Assembly (NCBI GenBank): GCA_963750265.1
Contig: CAVVQG010000015.1
Coordinates: 8,858 to 72,857, forward strand
Length of the DNA: 64,000 nucleotides
Origin: an uncultured Actinomycetota bacterium
GTDB taxonomy: Bacteria > Actinomycetota > Actinomycetes > Propionibacteriales > Nocardioidaceae
Reading direction: 5' to 3'
This document shows, in pieces, positions 10,580-21,378 of the stretch. Position numbers and translations under genes: made by a program. The notes under the pieces are model-generated. The model saw only the letters and a program-made list of their open reading frames with translations. It did no database searches and was not told the DNA's origin. Numbering within the stretch: position 1 is the stretch's first letter; each line of letters starts with the position of its first letter.

Positions 10580-11790
10580 TGAAGATCCTGCTGGTGGGTG
10601 CCGGAGGCGTTGGCTCGGCGTTCTGTGCAATCGCTGCGCGTCGTCAGTTCTTCGACGCGATCGTGGTAGCCGACTACACGCTGGAGAGTGCCGAGCGAGC
10701 TGTCGCCAGTGTTGATGACGCACGGTTCACGGCGGCACAGGTTGACGCGTCCGACGCGTCGTCGATCGAGAGGCTCGCCAAGGAGACCGGCGCGACACAC
10801 GTCATGAACGCGGTCGATCCGCGCTTCGTGATGCCGATCTTCGAGGGCGCGTTCATGGCCGGCGCTGACTACCTCGACATGGCGATGAGCCTGTCGAAGC
10901 CTCATCCCAACAACCCTCATGCCGAGTGTGGAGTCAAGCTCGGCGACGAGCAGTTCGCCGTCGCCGACCAGTGGGAAGCTGCCGGAAGGCTGGCTCTCGT
11001 GGGGATCGGCGTCGAGCCGGGCCTCTCCGACGTGTTCGCCCGCTACGCCGCTGACCACTTGTTCAGCGAGATCGACGAGCTCGGCACCCGCGACGGTGCC
11101 AACCTCACGGTCGACGGCTATGACTTCGCGCCATCGTTCTCGATCTGGACCACGATCGAGGAGTGCCTCAACCCTCCGGTCATCTGGGAGGACGGGCGCT
11201 GGTTCACGACGCCGCCGTTCAGCGAGCCCGAGGTCTTCGACTTCCCAGAAGGCATCGGACCTGTCGAATGCGTCAACGTCGAGCACGAAGAGGTGCTCCT
11301 CATGCCGCGCTGGATCGAGACCAAGCGCGCCACGTTCAAGTACGGGCTCGGCAACGAGTTCATCGAGGTGCTCAAGACCCTCCACAAGCTCGGGCTCGAC
11401 TCCACCGAGACGGTCAACGTCGGTGGAGTCGAGGTTTCACCGCGTGACGTCGTGGCGGCCTGCCTGCCGAATCCCGCGACTCTCGGCGACAAGATGCACG
11501 GCAAGACCTGCGCCGGGCTGTGGGTCCGCGGCAAGGACAAGGATGGAGCGCCGCGGTCGACCTACCTCTATCACGTGGTCGACAACGACTGGTCGATGAA
11601 GGAGTACGGCCACCAGTGCGTGGTCTGGCAAACCGCCATCAACCCGGTTGTCGCGCTCGAGCTGCTGGCGAACGGAGCCTGGGCCGGCGCCGGTGTCCTC
11701 GGTCCCGAGGCGCTGGACGCGGCACCTTTCCTCGAGCTGCTCACCGACTACGGCTCGCCGTGGGGTCAGCTGGAGCTCACCCCAGCCTGA
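10579..11790 (+). CDS. Saccharopine dehydrogenase-family protein (carboxyspermidine dehydrogenase-like)
   Basis: GAGGVG Rossmann motif, YLDMA, GVEPG, HEEV, GVLGPE; TGATG-coupled to the aldehyde dehydrogenase. Confidence 0.85.
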   Translation: MKILLVGAGGVGSAFCAIAARRQFFDAIVVADYTLESAERAVASVDDARFTAAQVDASDASSIERLAKETGATHVMNAVDPRFVMPIFEGAFMAGADYLDMAMSLSKPHPNNPHAECGVKLGDEQFAVADQWEAAGRLALVGIGVEPGLSDVFARYAADHLFSEIDELGTRDGANLTVDGYDFAPSFSIWTTIEECLNPPVIWEDGRWFTTPPFSEPEVFDFPEGIGPVECVNVEHEEVLLMPRWIETKRATFKYGLGNEFIEVLKTLHKLGLDSTETVNVGGVEVSPRDVVAACLPNPATLGDKMHGKTCAGLWVRGKDKDGAPRSTYLYHVVDNDWSMKEYGHQCVVWQTAINPVVALELLANGAWAGAGVLGPEALDAAPFLELLTDYGSPWGQLELTPA

Positions 11791-12604
11791 CGGCCTGCAG
11801 CGTGTAGCTGTGGGGGAGTCGCTCGGGACGGTCGCGCAGGCGCCACTCACCATTCGGCAGGTGGTCCATCTGGCCCTCGATCGCCTCCCACGGGACGCTG
11901 TCGTGCTCAGTGAGCCCGGTGATCGTCAGACCTGCCTCGAGGAGCGCGGTGACGATCTCGCCCATCCCGTGGTTCCACTCGTGGGTGAGGGTGTGCTCGA
12001 ACTCGACATCGGTCTCGACGTACGTGCCGGGCTCGTCCCACACGGTGGGCGCTTCGTGCTCGAAGTAAGGATGCTCGATTGCCAGCACCCCGTCCGTACG
12101 ATCGGCGAGCGACCAGAGCACCGGGTGGCCCTCGCGGATGAACAGTCGTCCGCCCGGCGCCAGCAGACCCTCGACGACTGCGGCCCACCGCTTGATGTCG
12201 GGCAGCCAACCGATCGCCCCGATGCCGGTGAAGACCAGGTCGAATGAGTGCTCGGGCAGCACCTCGGTGGCGCGGTACACCTCGGCCTCCACGAACTCCA
12301 CGTCGTGGCCGAGATCGTCATTGAGCCGTCGTGCCTCGGCGATCGAGGCGCCACTGAAGTCGAGACCGGTCATTGCCGCGCCCAGACGGGCGAGCGAGAT
12401 GGTGTCCGTGCCGATGTGGCATTGCAGGTGTATGCCGCGCAGCCCCTCGACCGGACCGAGCCGCGGTATGTCGAAACGGACCACGTCGGAGATGTAGGTG
12501 GGATCGGCGCGAAAGTTGTCGACGGCATATCCCGGCGACGCTATGTGGGCGGGGGCTCGTTCGTCCCAGTTGGCGCGATTGATGTCGCGATAATCGTCCG
12601 GCAT
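11777..12604 (-). CDS. Class I SAM-dependent methyltransferase
   Basis: HLQCHIGTD, GLDFS, FDLVFT, LAPGG motifs. Confidence 0.88.
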   Translation of the reverse strand: MPDDYRDINRANWDERAPAHIASPGYAVDNFRADPTYISDVVRFDIPRLGPVEGLRGIHLQCHIGTDTISLARLGAAMTGLDFSGASIAEARRLNDDLGHDVEFVEAEVYRATEVLPEHSFDLVFTGIGAIGWLPDIKRWAAVVEGLLAPGGRLFIREGHPVLWSLADRTDGVLAIEHPYFEHEAPTVWDEPGTYVETDVEFEHTLTHEWNHGMGEIVTALLEAGLTITGLTEHDSVPWEAIEGQMDHLPNGEWRLRDRPERLPHSYTLQAVRLG

Positions 12605-12624
12605 TGCAGAAATGTAGCGCCTGG

Positions 12625-13278
12625 CTAAAGTAGTCCGGCGTCGTGCATGCAGATGGCGACCTGAACGCGATTGGTCGCGTCGAGCTTGGTGAAGATGTGT
12701 GAGATGTGTGCCTTCACCGTGGCCACGCTCATGTGGAGCTCGGCGGCGATCTCGGCGTTGGACGATCCCGCACCGACCGCTATCGCGACTTCGCGCTCTC
12801 GAACGGTCAAGGTGTCGGCCAGCGAGAGTGCTTCGTCGCCACGATCGTCGGGCGCCGCTTCGGTGACCTGCCGGATGAGCTGGGCTGTGATGGTCGGCGA
12901 CAACATGGGTTCGCCGCCGACGACCTTGCCGATGGCCGCGACGATCTCGGCCGGTGGCGTGTCCTTGAGCAGGAACCCGTGGGCGCCGGCCGCCAATGCC
13001 CGCACGACGTACTCATCGGCGTCGAAGGTGGTCAGCACGATGACCTTCGGCGCGTCGGCCAGCGCGAGCATGGCAGCTGTTGCAGCGATCCCGTCCATGA
13101 CCGGCATACGGATGTCCATCAGCACGACGTCAACGCCGCCCGCTCGTACGGCGGTGACTGCTTCGGCGCCGTTGACTGCCTCGCCGACGACGGTGATGTC
13201 GGGTGAACCGCCGAGAATCAGCGACAGCCCGGCGCGGACCAGAGGATCATCGTCGGTCAGCAGAACTCGGGTCGTCAT
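12625..13278 (-). CDS. NarL/LuxR family response regulator
   Basis: DDDPLVR, LMDIRMP, LTTFD, LLKD; C-terminal LuxR HTH. Confidence 0.95.
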   Translation of the reverse strand: MTTRVLLTDDDPLVRAGLSLILGGSPDITVVGEAVNGAEAVTAVRAGGVDVVLMDIRMPVMDGIAATAAMLALADAPKVIVLTTFDADEYVVRALAAGAHGFLLKDTPPAEIVAAIGKVVGGEPMLSPTITAQLIRQVTEAAPDDRGDEALSLADTLTVREREVAIAVGAGSSNAEIAAELHMSVATVKAHISHIFTKLDATNRVQVAICMHDAGLL

Positions 13279-14426
13279 GCTGGCCACGGTAGCCACGTTG
13301 ACAGGACGAACTCCTGTTCCGGCGTCACCCGGTGTGTCATGACGCCACCGGCGAGTGCCGTGCGCTCGGCGAGACCGATCAGTCCCAACCCTGACTCGGG
13401 GCTGCCTGACACCGCTCCGATCGGTAGACGATTGCGGACCTCAGCTCGAAGACCCTCGTCCGGGCTGCCCTGCAGGCTGACGCAGACGAGGGTGTTGGGA
13501 GCGTGCTTGCGCGCGTTGGTGAGGCCCTCCTGGATCACGCGATAAGCCGTCCGGCCCAGCGTCTCCGGGATCGGCTCGAGCGAGATGAGGTCGGACTCGA
13601 TGTGCATGCCCGCCCGGCGCGCTTCCTCGATCAGTGCAGGCACGTCGGTGGCTGCCGGTTGTGGCATCTCCGGCGCAGAGTCGCCCGGTCCATCACGTAG
13701 CAGTCCCAAGACCTCACGCAGCTCAACCATCGCTTGGTGGGAATTCTCCTGGATCACCTCTGCGGTGGCACGCATGTCGTGAGCGTCAAGGTCCGTTCGG
13801 TAGGCCAGCGCACCGGCGTGCATCGTGACCAGAGAGATGCGGTGAGCAAGAACGTCGTGCATCTCGCGGGCGATCTGTGCTCGTTCGGCGGCGCGCGCCT
13901 GGGCCACCCGGGCAGCCTGAACTGCCTCGGACGTGTTGGCGCGCTCGCGCAACGTGCAGAGCAGTTCTCTCCGCGACCCGACGTACATACCGATCGCGAC
14001 CGTCACCGCGACCGCGGCGAAGATGATCGGCCAGGTGATGACCTGCGACTCCTCCGATGCCGGATTCATCGAGTCGAGGATCAGAGCGCCAACCAGGTTG
14101 ACCGCCGCGGCAGGAATGATCTCGCGCCAACGTCGGCGCGTGGCAAGCGATACCAGCGCGAGTGTCGCCGCACCTGCCGCGAACCCGGACACTGCGCCGA
14201 CCGCTCCCGTGATCAGGGCGATGGGCAGTGGGAATCGGCGCCGCCACACCACCAGGGCAACGCAGGCAGTGCCGAGGACGAGGTCCAGGACGAGCCAGCC
14301 GCGGTCGTGGTTGTACTGCCAGATGCCCAGCTCGATCCATCCGGCGACGCCGAGTCCGAACACCAACCCGTAGCGCCACGCATGGCTCCACCAGCGAAGG
14401 CGCGGCTGGTAGTCGTCGGGGTCCAC
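13275..14426 (-). CDS. Membrane sensor histidine kinase (HisKA_3)
   Basis: N-terminal TM helices; ERAQIAREMHDVLAH, QEGLTNARKHA, GLGLIGLAER. Confidence 0.94.
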   Translation of the reverse strand: MDPDDYQPRLRWWSHAWRYGLVFGLGVAGWIELGIWQYNHDRGWLVLDLVLGTACVALVVWRRRFPLPIALITGAVGAVSGFAAGAATLALVSLATRRRWREIIPAAAVNLVGALILDSMNPASEESQVITWPIIFAAVAVTVAIGMYVGSRRELLCTLRERANTSEAVQAARVAQARAAERAQIAREMHDVLAHRISLVTMHAGALAYRTDLDAHDMRATAEVIQENSHQAMVELREVLGLLRDGPGDSAPEMPQPAATDVPALIEEARRAGMHIESDLISLEPIPETLGRTAYRVIQEGLTNARKHAPNTLVCVSLQGSPDEGLRAEVRNRLPIGAVSGSPESGLGLIGLAERTALAGGVMTHRVTPEQEFVLSTWLPWPA

Positions 14427-14556
14427 CCCTCAAGGCTAGGGGGAACGGCTGTGAGTGGCGTCGCCCGAAGGGCTGTGCCGTCTCATACTTTCGGCTCGGC
14501 AACTGCCGCCCTCAGGACGATGCGGCGTTTGTCCCGCATCGCGCAGACTGTTCGAC

Positions 14557-15471
14557 ATGATCACAGTTGAGAACCTCTCCAAGACGTACGGCGGCTTCAA
14601 AGCCGTCGATGACGTCACGTTTCAAGCGCGGCCGGGCTCCGTCACCGGCTTCCTCGGGCCCAATGGTGCTGGCAAGTCGACGACCATGCGCATCATTGCG
14701 GGCCTCACCCCAGCGACATCGGGTGTAGCCACCATCTCGGGCGTGAACTACTTCGACATCCCCAACCCGGGAACACAGATTGGGGTCCTGCTCGACGCGT
14801 CGGCACAGCACGCGGGCCGTACCGGCCGCGAGATCCTCGCGATCAGCGCCGCCACGATGGACCTGCCGTCGTCTCGCATCGACGAGATGCTTGAGCTGGT
14901 CAGCCTCACCAAGGATGAGTCCAAGCGTCGGGTCAAGAACTACTCGCTCGGCATGCGCCAGCGTCTCGGCATCGCCAATGCATTGCTCGGCGATCCCAAG
15001 ATCCTGATGCTCGACGAACCCGCCAACGGGCTCGACCCGGCCGGCATCCACTGGATGCGCAGCCTGTTGCGCGAGTACGCCAACCGTGGCGGCACTGTCC
15101 TGTTGTCGTCGCACCTGCTGCACGAGATCGAGGTCATTGCTGACGAGATCATCGTGATCGGCCACGGCCGCATCGTGGCGCAGGGCACCAAGGCCGAGCT
15201 GCTCCAGACAGCGGGAACGTTCGTCAAGGCGTCCGACCCGTCAGCACTCGCCAACGCACTGACTGCCGCAGGCATGAAGTCGGCACCGTCAGGTGACGGC
15301 GGTCTGCGCACCGAATCAACCCCGGAAGCCGTGGGCCAGGCAGCCGCCGCGGCGGGGGTTGCCCTCATCGAGCTGCGCCCCGCCGAGGGCGCCGGTCTCG
15401 AGGAGATGTTCCTCGAGCTGACCGGTGACACGCAGCGCGAATCCCAGCCCGTCGAAGGAGCCTCCGCATGA
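14557..15471 (+). CDS. ABC transporter ATP-binding protein (ABC-2 type)
   Basis: GPNGAGKST, YSLGMRQR, LDEP, SSH. Confidence 0.94.
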   Translation: MITVENLSKTYGGFKAVDDVTFQARPGSVTGFLGPNGAGKSTTMRIIAGLTPATSGVATISGVNYFDIPNPGTQIGVLLDASAQHAGRTGREILAISAATMDLPSSRIDEMLELVSLTKDESKRRVKNYSLGMRQRLGIANALLGDPKILMLDEPANGLDPAGIHWMRSLLREYANRGGTVLLSSHLLHEIEVIADEIIVIGHGRIVAQGTKAELLQTAGTFVKASDPSALANALTAAGMKSAPSGDGGLRTESTPEAVGQAAAAAGVALIELRPAEGAGLEEMFLELTGDTQRESQPVEGASA

Positions 15472-16256
15472 GCACCGCAACCGTTGAAAAGATCGACACC
15501 GCCAAGCCTGGAGTTCCGCTGAGCCGTCTGATCAAGGTCGAGCTGCGCAAGATGTTCGACACCCGGTCGGGGTTCTGGCTGATGATGAGCATCCTCATCC
15601 TCGGATTCCTGGCGACCGTGGCGGTGATCATCTTCGCGCCCGACAACAACCTCACGTACGGATCGTTCGGTACGGCGATCGGTGTGCCGTTTGCGATCCT
15701 CTTGCCAGTAGTCGCGATCTTGTCGGTGACCAGCGAGTGGAGCCAGCGCACCGGGCTCATCACCTTCACGCTGGTCCCGCACCGAGGGCAGGTCATCCTT
15801 GCGAAGGCCCTCTCGGCGATCATCGTGGGTGTTGCCTCGATGATCTTCTCCTTCGCCATCGGCGCGCTCGGCAATGTCGTCGGCGCCGCCGTCAATGGCA
15901 TCGATGCGCAGTGGAACACCAGTTTGGTGGAGATGCTGTACATCGTGCTGGCCAACATCCTGGGTCTGCTGATCGGCTTCATGCTCGGCGTGCTGATCCG
16001 CAACTCGGCGGGCGCGATCGTGGGCTACTTCGTCTACTCGTTCGTCATCCCGTCCATCCTGGGCTTCTTGGCCTTCACACAGGACTGGTTCGAGAAGCTC
16101 CAGCCGTGGGTCGACTTCAACTTCGCGACGACTCCGCTGTTCGAAGGCAGCCTGACCGGAGAGCAGTGGTCCCAGCTCGCGGTGTCGAGCCTCCCGTGGC
16201 TCATCATCCCGCTGGCACTGGGCGTCTGGGGAGTCCTGAGGGCCGAGGTCAAGTAG
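15468..16256 (+). CDS. ABC-2 type permease
   Basis: About six TM segments, SEWSQRT motif, ATGA overlap with the ATPase. Confidence 0.9.
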   Translation: MSTATVEKIDTAKPGVPLSRLIKVELRKMFDTRSGFWLMMSILILGFLATVAVIIFAPDNNLTYGSFGTAIGVPFAILLPVVAILSVTSEWSQRTGLITFTLVPHRGQVILAKALSAIIVGVASMIFSFAIGALGNVVGAAVNGIDAQWNTSLVEMLYIVLANILGLLIGFMLGVLIRNSAGAIVGYFVYSFVIPSILGFLAFTQDWFEKLQPWVDFNFATTPLFEGSLTGEQWSQLAVSSLPWLIIPLALGVWGVLRAEVK

Positions 16257-16323
16257 CGAGCAATCTCCCGGGGCGGGGGGCAGGGCAGTAGGACTACGGC
16301 CTACTCCGTCCCGGGGCACGACA

Positions 16324-16364
16324 GCAGATGGCGGCACCTAGGGGGGTGTCGCCATCTGCGTTTC
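16324..16364 (+). terminator. Intrinsic terminator-like hairpin after ABC operon
   Basis: GCAGATGGCGGCACC-TAGGGG-GGTGTCGCCATCTGC (15-bp stem) followed by GTTTC. Confidence 0.7.
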
Positions 16365-16408
16365 AGGGTGAATAGGCCGAAGACCAGCACATGCGAGAGA
16401 ATGGCCAC

Positions 16409-17611
16409 ATGCAAAAGCGTGTCGCCATCCTCGGCTCGACTGGCTCGATCGGCACGCAGGCCCTCGAGCTGATTGCCGCCAACCCCGACCGCTTCGAGGT
16501 CGTGGCGCTGGCCGCCGGAGGCAACAACCCGGCGCTGCTGGCGAAGCAGGCCATTGCGTTCAACGTGCCGCTGGTCGCGGTTGCTCGTGCCAGTGCGGCA
16601 GAAGATGTCCAACTCGCCCTGTATGCAGAGGCGCAGAGACACGGTTACGAGAACGGCGACCATCGCATTCCCCGACTCCTCGCCGGTCCGGATGCGGCCT
16701 GCGAGGTCGCTCGGGTCGACTGCGATGTCGTGCTCAACGGGATGACCGGCTCGGTCGGCCTCCTGCCAACTCTCGCGGCCCTGGAAGCGGGTACGACACT
16801 TGCGCTTGCCAACAAGGAGTCGTTGATCATCGGTGGTGAGCTCGTGACGGGTGCTGCAAAGCCCGGACAACTCGTGCCGGTCGACTCCGAGCACTCCGCG
16901 CTGGCACAGGCCATGCGGGGTGAACGTCGTGACGACGTGCAGCGGTTGATCGTCACCGCCAGCGGTGGACCATTTCGCGGCATGACCCGCGCCGATCTCG
17001 CCGGGGTCACTCCGGAGCAGGCGATGGCCCACCCGACGTGGGACATGGGGCCGGTCATCACGATCAACTCCGCCACGCTGGTCAACAAGGGCCTCGAGGT
17101 GATCGAGGCCAATCTGCTGTTCGACATCGGCTATGACCGCATCGACGTGGTGGTCCACCCGACATCGGTCGTGCACTCGATGGTGGAGTTCGCCGACGGG
17201 TCGACCATGGTGCAGGCGTCTCCACCAGACATGAAGCTGCCGATCGCGTTGGGACTTGCCTGGCCAGATCGCGTGCCGGGCGCGGCGCTGGCGTGCGACT
17301 GGAGTGCGGCCTCGACGTGGGAGTTCTTTCCGCTCGACGAGGAGGCTTTTCCGGCCGTCGGCCACGCGCGCAGGGCAGGGAAGTTCGGGCGTACCGGTCC
17401 TGCGGTGTTCAACGCGGCCAACGAGGTCTGCGTGGACGCGTTCGTCGCCGGCCATTTGGACTTCCTCGGCATTGTTGACACGGTGGGCGCGGTTCTCGAC
17501 GAGCATCTCGGCGATCCCGATGTCGCCCGCCAAGAGATCACCCTTGATGGCGTGCTCGGCGCCGACGCATGGGCCCGGACCCGGGCCGCCCAACTCGTGG
17601 AGCAGCGATGA
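16409..17611 (+). CDS. dxr: 1-deoxy-D-xylulose-5-phosphate reductoisomerase
   Basis: [34 protein letters not shown]. Confidence 0.97.
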   Translation: MQKRVAILGSTGSIGTQALELIAANPDRFEVVALAAGGNNPALLAKQAIAFNVPLVAVARASAAEDVQLALYAEAQRHGYENGDHRIPRLLAGPDAACEVARVDCDVVLNGMTGSVGLLPTLAALEAGTTLALANKESLIIGGELVTGAAKPGQLVPVDSEHSALAQAMRGERRDDVQRLIVTASGGPFRGMTRADLAGVTPEQAMAHPTWDMGPVITINSATLVNKGLEVIEANLLFDIGYDRIDVVVHPTSVVHSMVEFADGSTMVQASPPDMKLPIALGLAWPDRVPGAALACDWSAASTWEFFPLDEEAFPAVGHARRAGKFGRTGPAVFNAANEVCVDAFVAGHLDFLGIVDTVGAVLDEHLGDPDVARQEITLDGVLGADAWARTRAAQLVEQR

Positions 17612-18906
17612 ACACCTTGATCTACACGCTCGGCGTGGTGGTCTTCGTGATCGGTGTCGTGCTCTCGATCGCCCTGCACGAGCTCGGCCACATGTATCCC
17701 GCCAAGAAGTTCGGCATCAAGGTCACCCAGTTCTTCGTCGGCTTCGGCAACACCGTCTGGTCAACCAAGCGTGGCGAGACCGAGTACGGGTTCAAGTCGA
17801 TTCCGCTCGGCGGTTACGTGAAGCTCGTCGGCATGCTTCCGCCGGCCAAGGACGCCGATCCGCACGAGGTGCGCAAGACCAACACAGGTCTGTTCACGCA
17901 GCTGGTGTCGGACGCTCGTAGTGCTGAGTACGAGCACGTCAACGACGAAGACCTCGACCGGCTGTTCTATCGCAAGCCGTGGTGGCAGAAGCTCATCGTG
18001 ATGGCGGGCGGGCCGACCGTCAACATCATCATCGCGGTGTTCCTGTTCAGCGTCGTGTTCATGGGCATTGGTGCCCTGACACCGACGACCACGGTGCAGA
18101 CGGTGTCCGACTGCGCGATCACCGACGCCGAGGCTGGACGTGCCTGCACCGAGGCCGATCCGGTCACGCCAGCACGTAAAGCCGGCCTCGAACCCGGCGA
18201 CCGGATCGTGTCGTTCAACGGAGTGGAGATCACCGCCTGGGACCAGCTCACGCAGCTGATCCGCGCAAACGGTGGCAGTGAGGCCACGATCGAGCTCGAG
18301 CGCGACAACGCCGCTCGCACAGTCACGGTCGCGACCTCGGTGCTGGCCCGTGTCGACGTCGACGATCCCAGCAAGACAGTCGATGTCGGCTTCCTCGGCG
18401 TGGCGCCGACCTCGACGATGCAACGTCAGGGCCCGGGCTACGTCGTCGACGTGATGGGGGAGTACGTCACGGGCACCGCCTCGGCGATCGTGCACCTGCC
18501 GCAGCGCATGGTCGGCGTGGTCAAGGCCGCCTTTGGCGCCGAACGCGAGACCAACGGCCCGATCAGCGTGGTCGGAGCGAGCCGGGTCGCCGGTGAGCTT
18601 GTCACGGTCGATGATCCGAGCTGGGCCGAGCGTGCCCAGCGGGTGCTCGTCCTGCTTGCGGGCCTCAACCTCTTCCTCGCAATGTTCAACTTCATCCCGC
18701 TGCTGCCTCTTGACGGCGGACACATCGCCGGCGCGCTGTGGGAGGCGATTCGACGACCCGTCGCCAAGCTCCGTGGCCGACCCGATCCGGGCTATGTCGA
18801 CGTCGCCAAGATGTTGCCGGTCGCCTATGGCGTGGGTGCCATCCTTATGCTGATGAGTGTGATCCTGATCTACGCAGACATCGTCAACCCGATCAAGCTG
18901 TCATGA
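17608..18906 (+). CDS. rseP: M50 site-2 zinc metalloprotease with PDZ domain (RseP/Rip1)
   Basis: [20 protein letters not shown]; lies between dxr and ispG. Confidence 0.9.
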   Translation: MNTLIYTLGVVVFVIGVVLSIALHELGHMYPAKKFGIKVTQFFVGFGNTVWSTKRGETEYGFKSIPLGGYVKLVGMLPPAKDADPHEVRKTNTGLFTQLVSDARSAEYEHVNDEDLDRLFYRKPWWQKLIVMAGGPTVNIIIAVFLFSVVFMGIGALTPTTTVQTVSDCAITDAEAGRACTEADPVTPARKAGLEPGDRIVSFNGVEITAWDQLTQLIRANGGSEATIELERDNAARTVTVATSVLARVDVDDPSKTVDVGFLGVAPTSTMQRQGPGYVVDVMGEYVTGTASAIVHLPQRMVGVVKAAFGAERETNGPISVVGASRVAGELVTVDDPSWAERAQRVLVLLAGLNLFLAMFNFIPLLPLDGGHIAGALWEAIRRPVAKLRGRPDPGYVDVAKMLPVAYGVGAILMLMSVILIYADIVNPIKLS

Positions 18907-18916
18907 GGGCCCGCGC

Positions 18917-20062
18917 ATGACTGATCTCGGACTTCCGGCGATGCCCCCACCGGTGCTTGCTCCCCGGCGCAAGACCCGCAAGATCAAGGTCGGCTCGATC
19001 GACGTCGGTGGCGACGCTCCGGTGTCGGTGCAGTCGATGACCACGACCCTGACATCTGACGTCAACACGACGCTTCAGCAGATCGCCGAGCTCACCGCGG
19101 CCGGCTGCGACATCGTGCGCGTGGCGTGCCCGAGCCAGGACGACGCCAACGCCCTCGCCGAGATCGCCCAGCACTCCAACATCCCGGTGATCGCCGACAT
19201 CCACTTCCAGCCCAAGTACGTGTTCGCCGCGATCGATGCCGGATGTGCTGCCGTTCGGGTCAATCCCGGCAACATCCGCAAGTTCGACGACCAGGTGGGC
19301 GCAATCGCCAAGGCCGCCAAGGATGCCGGCGTCTCGATTCGCATCGGCGTCAATGCCGGTTCGCTCGACAAGCGCATCTTCGAAAAGTACGGCAAGGCGA
19401 CACCCGAGGCACTGGTCGAGTCGGCCGTCTGGGAAGCCTCGCTGTTCGAGGAGCACGACTTCCACGACTTCAAGATCTCGGTCAAGCACAACGACCCCGT
19501 GGTCATGGTGCAGGCCTACGAGATGTTGTCGGAGCGCGGCGACTGGCCGCTGCACCTAGGCGTGACCGAGGCCGGACCGGCGTTCCAGGGCACCATCAAG
19601 AGCTCGGTCGCGTTCGGCTCATTGCTCAGCAAGGGCATCGGTGACACGATCCGCGTCTCGCTGTCGGCGCCTCCTGTCGAGGAGGTCAAGGTCGGCATCC
19701 AGATCCTGCAGTCACTGAACCTGCGCGAACGCAAGCTTGAGATCGTGTCGTGCCCGTCCTGCGGCCGCGCCCAGGTCGACGTCTACACGCTCGCCGAGCA
19801 GGTCACCGCTGGTCTCGAAGGACTTGAGGTGCCGTTGCGCGTCGCGGTGATGGGATGTGTCGTCAACGGTCCGGGCGAAGCGCGCGAGGCCGATCTTGGC
19901 GTCGCCTCCGGCAATGGCAAAGGTCAGATCTTCGTCAAGGGTGAGGTCATCAAGACGGTGCCCGAGTCCAAGATCGTCGAGACCTTGATCGAAGAGGCCA
20001 TGCGCCTCGCCGAAGGCATGGAGCCTGTCGAGGGATCCAACGCGGCCGTCACCGTCAGCTGA
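18917..20062 (+). CDS. ispG: HMBPP synthase (flavodoxin-dependent)
   Basis: [34 protein letters not shown]. Confidence 0.97.
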   Translation: MTDLGLPAMPPPVLAPRRKTRKIKVGSIDVGGDAPVSVQSMTTTLTSDVNTTLQQIAELTAAGCDIVRVACPSQDDANALAEIAQHSNIPVIADIHFQPKYVFAAIDAGCAAVRVNPGNIRKFDDQVGAIAKAAKDAGVSIRIGVNAGSLDKRIFEKYGKATPEALVESAVWEASLFEEHDFHDFKISVKHNDPVVMVQAYEMLSERGDWPLHLGVTEAGPAFQGTIKSSVAFGSLLSKGIGDTIRVSLSAPPVEEVKVGIQILQSLNLRERKLEIVSCPSCGRAQVDVYTLAEQVTAGLEGLEVPLRVAVMGCVVNGPGEAREADLGVASGNGKGQIFVKGEVIKTVPESKIVETLIEEAMRLAEGMEPVEGSNAAVTVS

Positions 20063-20116
20063 GTACCGGATCTCGTTCGCCCAGTAGGCTGAATTCACCA
20101 CCCACCGGAGGCCGCT

Positions 20117-20959
20117 GTGCTCGAGACCGCAACGCACGTACGCGCGTTGGCGGCGCCTGACGTCCCGGCCTTGCGTGAGCTTCTTGACCGCGACCGGTTG
20201 GTCAACTTGTTCGTGCGCAGTCGAGTCGACGCAAGTCGGCTGCAGTCGAGGTGGCTCGGCGGCGAGATCTGGGGCTACTTCGAAGGTGACGAGCTGGTGT
20301 CGGCGTGCCATGCCGGCGCCAACATCGTGCCGGTCCAGGCCACGCCGCGAGCCATCGAGGCATTCGCCGATCGTGCACTCCGTGAGGGGCGGCGCCCGTC
20401 GTCGATCGTTGGTCCCCGCTCCGCTGTGGAGCCGATGTGGGAGATCCTCCAACCGCACTGGGGCCCTGCCCGATCGCCACGGCTCGACCAGCCGTTCATG
20501 GTGCTGGAGGACGATCCAGCGATCGCTGGCGATCCACGAGTCAGGCCTGTGGTGATCGACGAGTTCGACCTGGTCTACCCCTCATGTGTCGCGATGTTCA
20601 CCGAAGAGGTCGGCGTCGATCCCGAGGCAGGCAACGCCAACGGCTACCGCGCCCGAGTCGCCCAGCTGATCACACAGGGCTGGGCCTTCGCGATCATCGA
20701 GGATGGCGACGTCTTGTTCAAGACCGAGGTTGGTGCGGCGACGTCCTATGCGTGCCAGCTGCAAGGCGTCTGGGTCAGGCCCGACCAGCGAGGCCGGGGC
20801 ATTGCCTCGGCCGCCGTCGCGGCTGTGGTGCAGCAGGTGCGCCAGACAGTTGCGCCGTCTGTGACGCTCTACGTCAACGGTCACAACACTGCGGCACGAC
20901 GAGCCTATGAACGCGTTGGCTTTGAGCACACCGAGACCTTCACGTCGATCCTGTTCTGA
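20117..20959 (+). CDS. GNAT acetyltransferase (DUF4081 + FR47-like)
   Basis: QGVWVRPDQRGRG, LYVN..N..AR..YE.VGF; conserved position after ispG. Confidence 0.88.
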   Translation: MLETATHVRALAAPDVPALRELLDRDRLVNLFVRSRVDASRLQSRWLGGEIWGYFEGDELVSACHAGANIVPVQATPRAIEAFADRALREGRRPSSIVGPRSAVEPMWEILQPHWGPARSPRLDQPFMVLEDDPAIAGDPRVRPVVIDEFDLVYPSCVAMFTEEVGVDPEAGNANGYRARVAQLITQGWAFAIIEDGDVLFKTEVGAATSYACQLQGVWVRPDQRGRGIASAAVAAVVQQVRQTVAPSVTLYVNGHNTAARRAYERVGFEHTETFTSILF

Positions 20960-20971
20960 GAGGCTGCTGCC

Positions 20972-21334
20972 ATGAGTCGTGACGTCACCGCCCTTGCCAT
21001 CGGCTTCGCCGCCTCCGGAGCTGCCCACCTGGTGAAGCCCGATCCGTACGTTGCGATCGTGCCCAGGCCGCTGCCCTACAAGCGCGAGCTGGTGCTGGGC
21101 TCGGGAGTGCTGGAGATCGCCATCGGCGCGATGTTGCTGCATCCCCGCACACGACCGGTGGCCGGGCGGGCGGCGATGGCCCTGCTCGCGGCCGTGTTCC
21201 CCGCAAACGTGCAGATGGCGATGGACGTCGTGCGCGACGAAAAAGCCCCCACCTGGTTCAAGGTCGGAGCCATCGCTCGACTCCCGCTGCAGGCTCCCAT
21301 GATCGGCATCGCTCGAAAGGCCGCTGGCGGCTGA
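20972..21334 (+). CDS. DoxX-like membrane protein
   Basis: G..H...P..Y..IVP, SGVLE, AVFPAN, RLPLQ. Confidence 0.75.
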   Translation: MSRDVTALAIGFAASGAAHLVKPDPYVAIVPRPLPYKRELVLGSGVLEIAIGAMLLHPRTRPVAGRAAMALLAAVFPANVQMAMDVVRDEKAPTWFKVGAIARLPLQAPMIGIARKAAGG

Positions 21335-21378
21335 ACACCGCTCGTTGGAGCACCCGCCAACCCCGCTAGGCTCGCCTC

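Noticed and set aside
16266-16364. Assignment as 6C RNA
   Set aside because: Only one hairpin has a C-run in a terminal loop on the minus strand; it does not match the two C-loop architecture well enough without a covariance search.
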